64,000 nucleotides of DNA. It comes from Tubiluchus corallicola. Lineage: Eukaryota; Animalia; Priapulida. Location of the stretch: the NCBI GenBank assembly GCA_030141605.1, contig JAQGDQ010000872.1, forward strand, positions 22,253-86,252, given 5' to 3'. Under the pieces are notes generated by a model, which searched no databases, was not told the origin of the DNA, and saw nothing but the letters and a program-made list of their open reading frames with translations. The position numbers were made by a program, and so were the translations under genes. The stretch's first letter is position 1. The number at the start of each line of letters is the position of its first letter. Positions 24,601-39,100 of this stretch are shown piece by piece.

Positions 24601-27600
24601 ATTTGTAACTATGTCTATTGTATATTGTTGTCGTTCAATGTGTCTCATGCATTAGATTCTAAATTATATAGGTTTGACATGTCAAATGTAGACCTGTGTT
24701 AATTCAAATGTTTCTTGGTAACTCAAATGTAGACTTAGGTAGTTCAAATGTGTCAACAATGGTTTTCAACAAATCTTGAGCGCTTTTGGTAAGTCAAATG
24801 TGGATAGGTAGTAAAGCTTAAGGATGTTGAATTTAATCTCAATTTAATATTAATGGCTCGTAAGTTAAATAGGCCTACTAATAGATGCACTGTCTTTGGT
24901 TTATCTTTTTCTAATTTGCACTTAAATAACTTAGTTACCGATTTATTCAAAGTACCGCATCTACATTTGACTTACCCAAGTCACATTTGAGTTATGAAAA
25001 CACATTCGAAATTCCCATGTCTACATTTGACTTGCCTAAGTCACATTTGAACTTTCCTGTGTCTACAATTGACATGTAAAACCTATTTATATATATATGT
25101 GAATAGGATTAATACATTGCAAATGCTTTTAGAAATTTTAAACATATCCATTCAAATAGAGAGACTATTCTGTACATAGTTTTTAAAAATAAAGAATTAT
25201 GATAATAATAATAATAATAATAATAATAACATCAGGTTGTCCAGCAGACTAGAATTAGAAGTTTTAACATTTTAAAGCATTTGAAATGAGTAGAGGGAGT
25301 AGGATATTTCAACATTCTTAGATGTAACGTTGCCACTTATAAAAGTTCTGCACATTGTCAGACATCTCTACTAAAACAGTTTTATCTCATTCCTTACGGT
25401 TTTGCTGTCACTTGTTTTCTATGCGGCAAATTTTGATTTTACCAAATAAAACCGAGGAAAAATGCTGCCCCATGTCCAGACTTCCTCTTTAATAAGCTCG
25501 TTTTACATGGAAATTGACTGCGACCAGCAGTAAAATTTAACAAACATGTGATGTTATTCTGCTGTTTTCAACTAGCAAAGTTATTACAAAACTCTTTTAT
25601 CATTTAACTATGTCACCTTAACTTTTTTTGAGAAAGAAATTCATTGCCATAGTTGTCATAACGTAACGTAACGTTTAAAAAATAACTCAAATCCTACTTG
25701 TATAATAGACGTATTCGGACTTGCAACGATACTTACCCCGGAATCAATAAACATAGATTCGTACTTTCAACCGCCATTACGAACGCAGTACTTAAGCGAA
25801 TTTAGTCGCGTAATACACGGTTAGAAAGCTCGTGAAATTCTCTATCTAACCGTATATAGTTTGTTAAAAAGTAACGTAACTTTTATAAATTAACTCAAAC
25901 CCTAGTTGTACATTCAAAATAGTTGTCATGGTTTTGCATGTGTGATGTGAAATCTCCTTTTTTTAAATTTTCGAAAAATCTCCGGATTTCTGGAGGTGAG
26001 AGGTCGGCGTTGTTTTTTTTTGTTATACTTTCTTACATCAAGCATTTCAACTCATGAATACCAGCCTAAAGTGCTTAGCATCTATTGCTAGTTAAACTGG
26101 TTAAGAACTTTTTCTGTTAGACGGTACAGGAACAGCATCATCACTTCTCATTTATCATGTTGACAGTTTAGATACAATCAATTACAATGTATCAACTCGT
26201 AGAGGAATAGCATCATCACTTCTCATTTATCATGTTGACAGTTTAGATACAATCAATTACAATGTATCAACTGGTAGAGGAACAGCATCATCACTTCTCA
26301 TTTATCATGTTGACAGTTTAGATACAATCAATTACAATGTATCAACTGGTAGAGGAACAGCATCATCACTTCTCATTTATCATGTTGACAGTTTAGATAC
26401 AATCAATTACAATGTATCAACTGGTAGAGGAACAGCATCATCACTTCTCATTTATCATGTTGACAGTTTAGATACAATCAATTACAATGTATCAACTGGT
26501 AGAGGAACAGCATCATCACTTCTCATTTATCATGTTGACAGTTTAGATACAATCAATTACAATGTATCAACTGGTAGAGGAACAGCATCATCACTTCTCT
26601 TTATCATGTTGACAGTTTAGATACAATCAATTACAATGTATCAACTGGTAGAGGAACAGCATCATCACTTCTCATTTATCATGTTGACAGTTTAGATACA
26701 ATCAATTACAATGTATCAACTGGTAGAGGAACAGCATCATCACTTCTCATTTATCATGTTGACAGTTTAGATACAATCAATTACAATGTATCAACTGGTA
26801 GAGGAACAGCATCATCACTTCTCATTTATCATGTTGACAGTTTAGATACAATCAATTACAATGTATCAACTGGTAGAGGAACAGCATCATCACTTCTCAT
26901 TTATCATGTTGACAGTTTAGATACAATCAATAACAATGTATCAACTGGTAGAGGAACAGCATCATCACTTCTCATTTATCATGTTGACAGTTTAGATACA
27001 ATCAATTACAATGTATCAACTGGTAGAGGAACAGCATCATCACTTCTCATTTATCATGTTGACAGTTTAGATACAATCAATTACAATGTATCAACTGGTA
27101 GAGGAACAGCATCATCACTTCTCATTTATCATGTTGACAGTTTAGATACAATCAATTACAATGTATCAACTGGTAGAGGAACAGCATCATCACTTCTCAT
27201 TTATCATGTTGACAGTTTAGATACAATCAATTACAATGTATCAACTGGTAGAGGAACAGCATCATCACTTCTCATTTATCATGTTGACAGTTTAGATACA
27301 ATCAATTACAATGTATCAACTGGTAGAGGAACAGCATCATCACTTCTCATTTATCATGTTGACAGTTTAGATACAATCAATTACAATGTATCAACTGGTA
27401 GAGGAACAGCATCATCACTTCTCATTTATCATGTTGACAGTTTAGATACAATCAATTACAATGTATCAACTGGTAGAGGAACAGCATCATCACTTCTCAT
27501 TTATCATGTTGACAGTTTAGATACAATCAATTACAATGTATCAACTGGTAGAGGAACAGCATCATCACTTCTCATTTATCATGTTGACAGTTTAGATACA

Positions 27601-30600
27601 ATCAATAACAATGTATCAACTGGTAGAGGAACAGCATCATCACTTCTCATTTATCATGTTGACAGTTTAGATACAATCAATAACAATGTATCAACTGGTA
27701 GAGGAACAGCATCATCACTTCTCATGTTGACAGTTTAGATACAATCAATTACAATGTATCAACTGGTAGAGGAACAGCATCATCACTTCTCATTTATCAT
27801 GTTGACAGTTTAGATACAATCAATTACAATGTATCAACTGGTAGAGGAACAGCATCATCACTTCTCATTTATCATGTTGACAGTTTAGATACAATCAATT
27901 ACAATGTATCAACTGGTAGAGGAACAGCATCATCACTTCTCATTTATCATGTTGACAGTTTAGATACAATCAATTACAATGTATCAACTGGTAGAGGAAC
28001 AGCATCATCACTTCTCATGTTGATAGTTTAGATACAATCAATTACAATGTATCAACTGGTAGAGGAACAGCATCATCACTTCTCATGTTGACAGTTTAGA
28101 TACAATCAATTATAATGTATCAACTGGTAGAGGAACAGCATCATCACTTCTCATTTATCATGTTGATAGTTTAGATACAATCAATAACAATGTATCAACT
28201 GGTAGAGGAACAGCATCATCACTTCTCATGTTGATAGTTTAGATACAATCAATTACAATGTATCAACTGGTAGAGGAACAGCATCATCACTTCTCATTTA
28301 TCATGTTGACAGTTTAGATACAATCAATTACAATGTATCAACTGGTAGAGGAACAGCATCATCACTTCTCATTTATCATGTTGACAGTTTAGATACAATC
28401 AATTACAATGTATCAACTGGTAGAGGAACAGCATCATCACTTCTCATTTATCATGTTGACAGTTTAGATACAATCAATTACAATGTATCAACTGGTAGAG
28501 GAACAGCATCATCACTTCTCATTTATCATGTTGACAGTTTAGATACAATCAATTACAATGTATCAACTGGTAGAGGAACAGCATCATCACTTCTCATTTA
28601 TCATGTTGACAGTTTAGATACAATCAATTACAATGTATCAACTGGTAGAGGAACAGCATCATCACTTCTCATTTATCATGTTGACAGTTTAGATACAATC
28701 AATTATAATGTATCAACTGGTAGAGGAACAGCATCATCACTTCTCATTTATCGTGTTGACAGTTTAGATACAATCAGTTACAATGTATCAACTGGTAGAG
28801 GGACAGCATCATTACTTCTCATTTATCATGTTGATAGTTTAGATACAATCAATAACAATGTATCAACTGGTAGAGGAACAGCATCATCACTTCTCATTTA
28901 TCATGTTGACAGTTTAGATACAGTCAATTACAATGTATCAACTGACTTGTTTTCAGGATTGGAAGCAAAAACACCTGGTGAACCTGTAGGTACCGGTCTA
29001 TCATTCACTGCTGCACAAGAACTAGGTTTATTGGAAGGTACGGCTGTGGCAACATCTATGGTTGATGCTCACGCTGGTGGTTTAGGTAACAGATAATTAC
29101 TTGTATATATTTGCTGAAACTTGCTTAAAAAATAGCGCATTTCTAATTTGACATTACAGGTAGTCGTTGACTTATGACCTTTGCAACTTGAGTTCCACTT
29201 TTTGACCCAAGTACAACTTAATTATAATTAGTATAATTAAATATAAGTAATTAATTATACAAAAGCAAGTATGACTCATATTTTCTTCTATTTTTTAAAC
29301 GAATTAACTTTAAATCGTTGTCTGTTTCTATAACTTCATCGTAGGCACTAATCCTTGTACACACATGTAACGTTTTGCATGCAGGGGCACACTGTTTGAA
29401 TATTGGTTGAATATACCGGTCCAACTTGCATTCAATTCGTCTTACGATCAATCCACCTGCAGGGGCACACTGTTTGAATATTGGTTGAATATACCGGTCC
29501 AACTTGCATTCAATTCGTCTTACGATCAATCCACCTGCAGGGGCACACTGTTTGAATATTGGTTGAATATACCGGTCCAACTTGCATTCAATTCGTCTTA
29601 CGATCAATCCACCTGCAGGGGCACACTGTTTGAATATTGGTTAAATATACCGGTCCAACTTGCATTCAATTCGTTTTACGATCAATCCACCTGCAGGGGC
29701 ACACTGTTTGAATATTGGTTGAATATACCGGTCCAACTTGCATTCAATTCGTCTTATGATCAATCCACCTGCAGGGGCACACTGTTTGAATATTGGTTGA
29801 ATATACCGGTCCAACTTGCATTCAATTCGTCTTACGATCAATCCACCTGCAGGGGCACACTGTTTGAATATTGGTTAAATATACCGGTCCAACTTGCATT
29901 CAATTCGTCTTACGATCAATCCACCTGCAGGGGCACACTGTTTGAATATTGGTTGAATATACCGGTCCAACTTGCATTCAATTCGTCTTACGATCAATCC
30001 ACCTGCAGGGGCACACTGTTTGAATATTGGTTGAATATACCGGTCCAACTTGCATTCAATTCGTCTTACGATCAATCCACCTGCAGGGGCACACTGTTTG
30101 AATATTGGTTGAATATACCGGTCCAACTTGCATTCAATTCGTCTTACGATCAATCCACCTGCAGGGGCACACTGTTTGAATATTGGTTGAATATACCGGT
30201 CCAACTTGCATTCAATTGGTCTTACGATCAATCCACCTGCAGGGGCACACTGTTTGAACATTGGTTGAATATACCGGTCCAACTTGTATTCAATTCGTCT
30301 TACGATCAATCCACCTGCAGGGGCACACTGTTTGAATATTGGTTGAATATACCGGTCCAACTTGCATTCAATTCGTCTTACGATCAATCCACCTGCAGGG
30401 GCACACTGTTTGAATATTGGTTGAATATACCGGTCCAACTTGCATTCAATTCGTCTTACGATCAATCCACCTGCAGGGGCACACTGCTTGAATATAGGTT
30501 GAATATACCGGTCCAACTTGCATTCAATTTATCTTATGATCAATCCACCTGCAGGGGCACACTGTTTGAATATTGGTTAAGTATACCGGTCCAAGTTGTA

Positions 30601-32211
30601 TTCAGTTCGTCTTACAATCAATCCACCTGCAGGGGCACACTGCTTGAATATAGGTTGAATATACGGGTCCAACTTGCATTCAATTTATCTTATGATCAAT
30701 CCACCTGCAGGGGCACACTGTTTGAATATTGGTTAAGTATACCGGTCCAAGTTGTATTCAGTTCGTCTTACAATCAATCCACCTGCAGGGGCACACTGTT
30801 TGAATATTGGTTGAATATACCGGTCCAACTTGCATTCAATTTGTCTTACGATCAATCCACCTGCAGGGGCACACTGTTTGAATATTGGTTGAATATACCG
30901 GTCCAACTTGTATTCAATTCGTCTTACGATCAATCCACCTGCAGGGGCACACTGTTTGAATATTGGTTGAATATACCGGTCCAACTTGCATTCAATTCGT
31001 CTTACGATCAATCCACCTGCAGGGGCACACTGCTTGAATATAGGTTGAATATACCGGTCCAACTTGCATTCAATTTATCTTATGATCAATCCACCTGCAG
31101 GGGTACACTGCTTGAATATTGGTTAAATATTCCGGTTCAACTTGCAGTGTAACTTCAATGTTTGCACTGTAACAAAGTGCAGTATCAGTTATTTGAATCC
31201 ACTGATGCAGAAAATTTCAACTACCCAGACACAACACTCTGATACAGTTTTGGGGCGGGTCGTAGCTAAAATTAGTGCAGTGCTGCTTCAGAAAATTTAT
31301 AACCATTGCTATAATACTGTGTAAAATGTAACAAACATACGTAACCTTAGTGTTGTAGTTTTATTTGAAGATCAGGTGTTGGATGGCCGCTTTCCTTAAT
31401 TGCAACTTTCTCATGGAGAGACAACTGTGAAAAATTAAGCTGTTCTAGTTCACTTACAGTTATGTTTAAACAATTTAAACCAGCATGATTGGATAGCCGA
31501 TTTTGCCCTGAATAGAACAGTACCTAATTTATAATTATTTAGTGCTGTCTGTGCTCGTACAGTAGCAGAAAAGTCATAGGTCTTATAAGACCCATTTTGA
31601 ATGGTGTGGTTCTGAAGGAGTTACTATTTTACAGGATCAGTAGCTTGTCAGGTGCAAGGAGAAGATAAAATCAATGAAGTTCCATTTGAAAACCGTCTTT
31701 CAATGATTTGTGGAACATCCACTTGTCATATGGCTGTAAGTGTAGATTTATATGTGAGAGGTAACTTATTTATAGGGTTTTGGGTGGGTGCTGTGCACTA
31801 ATTGTAGAGCTCGTTAGATTCGCTCACTATGGATTTGAGACAGCTGATGCAAATCTATTGAATTATAAATGCCATTTGCATTTATCTTACAGAAAAATAA
31901 GCACAGTAACAATGATGATGACAATTGGGGACCATTTTACTCTGCCATGCTGCCCGCCTACTGGCTCACTGAAGGTGGACAAAGTGTTGCCGGCAAACTG
32001 GTAAAACTTGCCTTTCCTTTCATGTTTTTGATTAAAATGTTTGACATAAATTGTTCTTGTTACATATGAGCTTGAAAAAAAACTAACGTGAAAAAATCTT
32101 AACTGCGTTGAACAATGATGTAAGCTATTAATAAAACTATAATTGTGTGTATTATGCAACAGTGGTGTAGCTAGTAGTTGGGGGGGAACAACTGCTCTTC
32201 CAAGGACACTT

Positions 32212-32254
<43 letters not shown>

Positions 32255-33128
32255 TTAAATATATCCACAACAATCATTATAGCATTGTACATAAAAGTAT
32301 TTAATAACATATTTATTATTATGTACACAAGATGCCAAGCCGCAAATGGGAATGTGGACTGAGTGTAATAGAAAAGAGCAGTAAAGGAGTAGAAAGAAAG
32401 GTTAATAGAAAATAGAAAGAAGGAGAAAGATGTGATGGTATCTGTATGAAGTAACGTGAACTATAGAAATGTAAAAATTGACATAGCCAGCAACGCAATG
32501 GATTCCCACAGGGACAGCAGTGTAATTAATCAAATTGATTTATTCTGTATAATTAGAAAAGATTTCACTTTTAAGATTTCTTTTGATGTTATTTATAGAT
32601 AAAGAATTTTTTATATATGCGTTGTTTTTTCAAAATTGGAGTCTTTTCAACGCTTTTTTGAACTAATTGCTTTACCAGAGTGCCCCTATGTGTTTTTGAA
32701 ATGAGTGCACATTTGCCCAACTCTGTCAACGTTGACTGATTGAACCAAGGATCAAATTGCCCCAAAATCTTATTATTATAATGCTCTTTTCATACAATTG
32801 TCTAACAGTAGGCTTTTTATTGCATTCCATTTTTAATACAAAATAGCAATTATGCACTTCCTTTGAAACTATATCTTCCTCGTGTTTTGATTTTAAACAC
32901 AAAATTAATATGTATAATCAATACCTTAACCCTTTCACTACATTGTTGCTTTTTAACTGGGTCACTTTGACCTTTGCACATTTGACAATAACTTCTTGTG
33001 GTGTGTTACTAAAAGTTAATCTTGTAAATGATCAAATTGTTGTTCGTTATTGAGTACTAATGTTAAATATTAGTGCTATTTCTAGACACGCACACACATG
33101 CACTAACGCACACACATGCACACACACT

Positions 33129-33159
<31 letters not shown>

Positions 33160-36100
33160 ATACATGCACACAATCATAAATAAGCATGTACTTATATTTT
33201 AGAAACCAGTTTTCACAAAAAACACAAAACTTATCCATAATATGCATTCATTTTATAAGTATGCAGTTTAATCAGCTAAATATACATTTCACCAACGATC
33301 TACAAGTGATTTTGCATGAGAACAAACCATAGAATGCGCCTGGCTTTAAACACTTATTGGCTGGTTAGCATTACTTGTTGCCAAGCAACCCCAATCCCAC
33401 AGCTGTTAAACTTTTCTACAATGTTTTTACGTGGCCGTAGCAGAGAAATAAACAGACCTGGATGACTGAGCTTAGTGCTGAGCTTGGGCGGCAGTCTACC
33501 GTCTTCCGTCCCTTGCATGAAAACATAGGTGGCAGTGTGCTTATATGAATTCCTGTAGATTTTATTAAAACTTTAATCTTTTGCAAGTTAATAACTCACT
33601 CAAAATCAATGATCTTAATTAAGAACTTTTTTCTTTGCTTAATAAATGACATATGTACTCAACTATGTAATAGACAGTAGGCTACTGCTTCACTAAACAT
33701 GTATGTGCAAAAAAAGGTTAAAAATTTCATCACTACAAATTTCATGCTATGATTTGCTTGAATGTTACTTAAAAAACTAGCAAATTTTACAATTCATACT
33801 TGTCAGTTACCATTATGACTATGTCGCATTGACAATACATTATATAATATTATACATTATACAATACGTAATATTAACTCCTTCAGGACCGTAAGAGTTT
33901 GCTGCATTTTGCATTGGTTCAGAAAAACTTCTCTCTCACTAAGTAATGATTGCTTAATATTTGATAATTGGGCTTTCACACGATGGGCTTTCATGGAAAA
34001 TTATACATTTGCTTATTTTAGAGCTTAGACAAATTAAAAATCGTTTTGATGAAAAAATTGAAAAAAAGCTTTCAGTAGCTACAGTATTTGCACCGTAACA
34101 ATGTACAGTATCACTTGTGTGAAATCCGTTAATGCAGAAAATTTCAACTATCCAGACATACACTTTTGCCTCAAGTCTACTCTATTTATAAGGAGAAATT
34201 TCTGTTAAAAGTTGGGACGACCTTAATTTGTCCTTGGCTGATTGGTTGTTTTTTCCTGGAATTGGCAACAGAATTTTGTATAGCAGACAGTTCTCTTGGG
34301 CTGTAGCATTTATAAATGCTTAAACAAATAGCATGATAGGACAGCCAAGATTCTCCTGAATAGAGATAGCAATTACCTAATTTGTATTCAGTTACATTGA
34401 AAACTTAATTACATGTGAAAACAGCAGAGCAGTTGCAAAACTGAGGCTGTTTCTCTGAGTGTCTAATTATTTAGTCTAATTGGCTTTTAATCATTTCATT
34501 AGATTGACCATGTCATTGAATCACATCCAGCATACAGAGAGCTGATGGCTTCTCTTCTGGAGGGGTGAGCATTACTAGTCTTTTTTCTGTTAGTCTCATT
34601 TTACTAGTTGTAGAGCTGGCAAAAGTTTGACACAAAGTTACAACTTAAAAATACACAATATGTTTACATTTGTGTCTGTTACAGGATGCTTTCCTGGGTG
34701 TATCAAAATTTTATGACTCCCTAGGCTAATATTTCTGTCCCGCCCATCTCTATTGTGAATTTATGGCTGTTTATGTAACGATCAGATTAAACAATTACTT
34801 GTGGTGTATTAGAAACACTATTAACGTAATTTCTATGTGGTCATTATTAATTACATGTATTTGCATGGTGCTTATATTCAAGCAGGCTGCGCAAATACTT
34901 GTTGTGTAATACCTTGCTCTTGTTCGTTATGTGACACTTATATAGGAGCTGCTTTCGATAACTGTCTGTGGTGTATCATAAAATGCACCCTTTACATGAA
35001 TATGAAAGTATACACCTTTTCCGAGGAAAATAAGATTTTTTTCTAAAATGTGACGCCCCTCAAAATGTGACGCCCTAGGCTATAGCCTCGTTAACCTGTT
35101 GATTAATACGGCCTTGGATGCTTTACTTTGTGCCTAACAGAAGTTAATGTTTTTCGACATAACTAACACTTCATCAGATTTAACGAGTATAATATTCCAT
35201 TTTGCAGGACCAATGTTGCGAGAAACTTTGTAAAATTTACCGCTCCAAATCTATGAATAAAATATGAATTTATATCACAACACGTTGAACATTATATGGC
35301 TTTAAAATATATATGAAATCTCTTCTACTCGAATCTTACTTATAATGCATTTTTTAGGAAGTTTGATGGACACAGTACATCCCGCGTCTGGTTACAAAAG
35401 GGTTGATATTTTCATACTTTACATCATATCTCTACTGAACTCCTGTATTTCATTTCTCTTCTCTCTTTCTCTACCTTATTCTATTATTTTATCTTTACTA
35501 TTCCCTGTTTTTCTATAATTCTTTCTCTTGTTAATTAAGCAGTTTTTTCTCCACTTTTCATGGTGGTTTCACAGGCGTTGCTTCTTGACCACCATGCAGC
35601 ATATATTCCCTGTTGATAAACAACATTACAATTATTGTAACTACAATTGATTTATAATAGTTACAATGTGATGATGGAAATTGTAATTATGCTGAACTGG
35701 ATAGTAAATTACAATTACAAATTACAACGGAATAACTCATTTCAGAAGTCACGTACAAGAACTGCTCAATGAAAGACTACGAAATCTTGCCAAAGTTAGC
35801 AGCTGCTGGGTCGCAAACCTTGCTGGCACTCTGCATGTTTATCCAGATTTCCATGGAAACAGATCACCACTAGCTGATAGTGGCCTTTTGGGAATGGTAG
35901 GTATTATAAGTGTCTCAGGTCCTGAGTATTACGTTTCGTGTGAGATTTGCTATCTTGTTCATTGTTTCATGTTTTGACAAGTAAAGATAAATCTTAACTG
36001 AATCTTTATTACATATTATACGCTTGTGGTTAATATACGTGTGCCTGCAAACCAAAATCGTCCATAAGTCGGCATAGTTAAAACTACATTATGATGATTC

Positions 36101-39100
36101 AAAGTAAAATGTATCGAAAATTTGGTCAAATGTCAATTTTTCGTTTTTATAAAAACAAATGCTAAATATATTGGACTTTTATATTCTATTTTCGAATGAT
36201 CAAGAAAATGTTTAAAAAATAGTGAAAGTTAGTTTTATAACCCCGTGCTTTTTTTATCTAGAAACTAGTACTACAACATGTAAAAAACTTGTATTTTCAA
36301 ACTCCGATAGTAGCTCGTGGTAGCAGTCATTTTGCTTTGGGTCTTTCTCTGTTTACAAGTCCAGGCTTTCTTCGGGAAGAGCCATTTGCTGGATTTAAAC
36401 ATAACTTCAATGTGCTCTTGCAAAGTCCATAGCAACCAACATTTCTGCAGTTGCTAAGTGTTTTATAGAAACGCAACAAAAAACAATGGCTGACTTTAAC
36501 AGTGATTTTCTCAAGATTTGGTTTTTCATTGTGGAGCCTGCACCTCAACTTCAATGTGGATTATCTGAGCTTAGAAATAACATAGAGCAATGAGCTTGAA
36601 TTTGGTATCAATTCGATCTTCATGAAATGGAGATTTGGGGCATATGAATAACTAGAAAAGCTTAACTGCCGACTTATGGAGCATTTTGTTATGCAAGCAC
36701 ACATATAACATCTCAAATTTTGTTTTAATTTTGTACAGTGAATAATTACATTTGTGCAAATTGAAATCTGGTAGATCAAAGAATATATCATAAACCGTGA
36801 AACTGATATAAATATTTTTTTATTACTTTGTCAAATTCTGTTCTGCACTTGATGTCTCTTTTGATGCTCCATTATCATACATGTATTATGATTTTAATGG
36901 ACTCCAGTGTCTTTTCAATACTTTGCAGGTATCTGGTTTGTCATTGGATAACTCCGTCTCCAACTTGGCTGTATTATACCTAGCAACAATCCAGGCGCTT
37001 GCCGTAAGCATCTTCAAATTTTATTTAAGTATAAAAGAATGACATATCGGCTAAAGTTCACAATTTCTCACACATAAGAAATTAGTTCATGAAGTGGATT
37101 AGGATTAGGGTTAGGATTTGCATTAGCGTTAGTGTTAGGATTAGGATTAGCATTAGGATTTGCATTAGTGTTAGTGTTAGGATTAGGATTAGTGTTAGGA
37201 TTTGCATTAGTGTTAGGATTAGGATTAGTGTTAGGATTTGCATTAGTGTTAGGATTAGGATTAGTGTTAGGATTTGCATTAGTGTTAGGATTAGGATTAG
37301 TGTTAGGATTTGCATTAGTGTTAGTGTTAAGATTAGGATTAGGGTTTGTGTTAGGATTTGCATTAGTGTTAGTGTTAGGATTAGTGTTAGGGTTAGTGTT
37401 AGGATTAGTGTTAGGATTAGGGTTAGGGTCAGTGTTAGGATTAGTGTTAGGATTAGGGTTATGATTAGTGTTAGTGTTAGTGTTAGGATTAGGATTAGTG
37501 TTAGGATTTGCATTAGTGTTAGGATTAGGGTTAGGATTTGCATTAGTGTTAGGATTAGGGTTAGGATTTGCATTAGTGTTAAGATTGGGATTAGGGTTAG
37601 GATTTGCATTAGTGTTAAGATTAGGATTAGGGTTAGGATTTGAATTAATGTTAAGATTAGGATTAGGGTTAGGATTTGAATTAGTGTTAAGAATAGGATT
37701 AGTGTTAAGAATAGGATTAGTGTTAGGATTAGGATCAGGGTTTGTGTTAGGTTATTTAAACTGTGGTTTAATTGTAAACTCCTTCCGACGTATTTTGGTA
37801 AAAAAATATAGTTTTTACTTTTTATTAATACCCTTAAATGTTGGTTAAAACATTTGTGTTGCTTAGTTCATTGTAAGCACCTTCTCTTTCAGTATTCCAC
37901 CAAGCATATAATAGAAGCAATGACCACAAGTGGACACCAGTTTGAGCTTTTGGTTATGTGTGGCGGATTAAACAAAAATGAACTTTATTGTCAGACGCAT
38001 GCAGATGTTACAGGTAATTCCAAAGTGCACGAATTTTGTAGAGCAGCAGACCCCCCTGCATGACTTATGGGCACGGCGGAGTCGTGACTCAACCACCTTC
38101 TTAGCTATTATTTTGATGATGCAATTTCAAAGCTTTGACGGCGCAAGCCAAAAATTTGCACAGCTAGTCATTCAGTACCTTAATTAACCTAATTAAGTTA
38201 AATCAGTGTGTAGGGATGTTACTGCAATGCAATTGTCATTTCGGTTTGCCAATAATTGCACTTTTGGTTAAGTTTCGGTTTCGGCAAAATTTATTAAGTT
38301 TCGCAGCCGAAATTTCAGATAATATTTGTACCATGTTTCCGGATTTTAACAGTATTTATCCAATTTACCTTTTCTTTCCTCCTAGATGTCAAAACCGCTG
38401 AAAAGTCTTAGCTAAATTAGTTCAATTAAATTTCGTTTACATAACTGTTTGTAACTTGCTTTTACCGGCAATGCGGCATATCTTCAATGCTGACGACTGT
38501 GAAGTTTTAGGGTCTCCAGGCCCAGTCAACCGAAAAATCATACCACGTTTGAATTTATTGGAGGAAAATCACATTTAATTTTATAATTTATGAGATATAG
38601 GCAAAAAAATATCTACAAATAAAATTTGTTTATTTTTAATGAAGCATTATGATCTTCAAACATTAACCATTAAGGATATTTAAATCCAAAAACATTAAAA
38701 CACATTTTCTAAGGTAAGTCACTCCATCAAACTTGAGGTTCTTGACTATAAAACTTCCTTCTCCCTTTTGTATTACAATTTTTTATCAATAATTTTACAT
38801 CACAGGAAATAAAAAACAAAATATTTTACTTATTTTAGAATTTTTTTTCAATTTTAGTAGTATTTGGTCTGCAAAAATGCTTCAGTTCAGTTTTGTTTCC
38901 GTATCGGTTTCCGTTGTTTCATAAAGTTCAGTTTCGGTTTGTAAATTCAGTTTCCGTACCATCCCTGTCAGTGCCGCAGGCCTTGAAGTATTTCATTTTT
39001 CTCACGAGGAACAGTTGATGCAAGCGTCACGAATTGTGGAAGATTTTCACTCGTTTTCGTGGTGTGTTTGTCGTTTTGTTTATTTACTCATACATGGTTT

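Noticed and set aside
29407-31152. 581-aa ORF as a real gene
   Set aside because: Translation of a 78-bp tandem repeat; no ATG start; lies in an FGGY intron
37082-37848. Hydrophobic (LG/IR/LT)n ORFs
   Set aside because: Translations of the hexamer repeat
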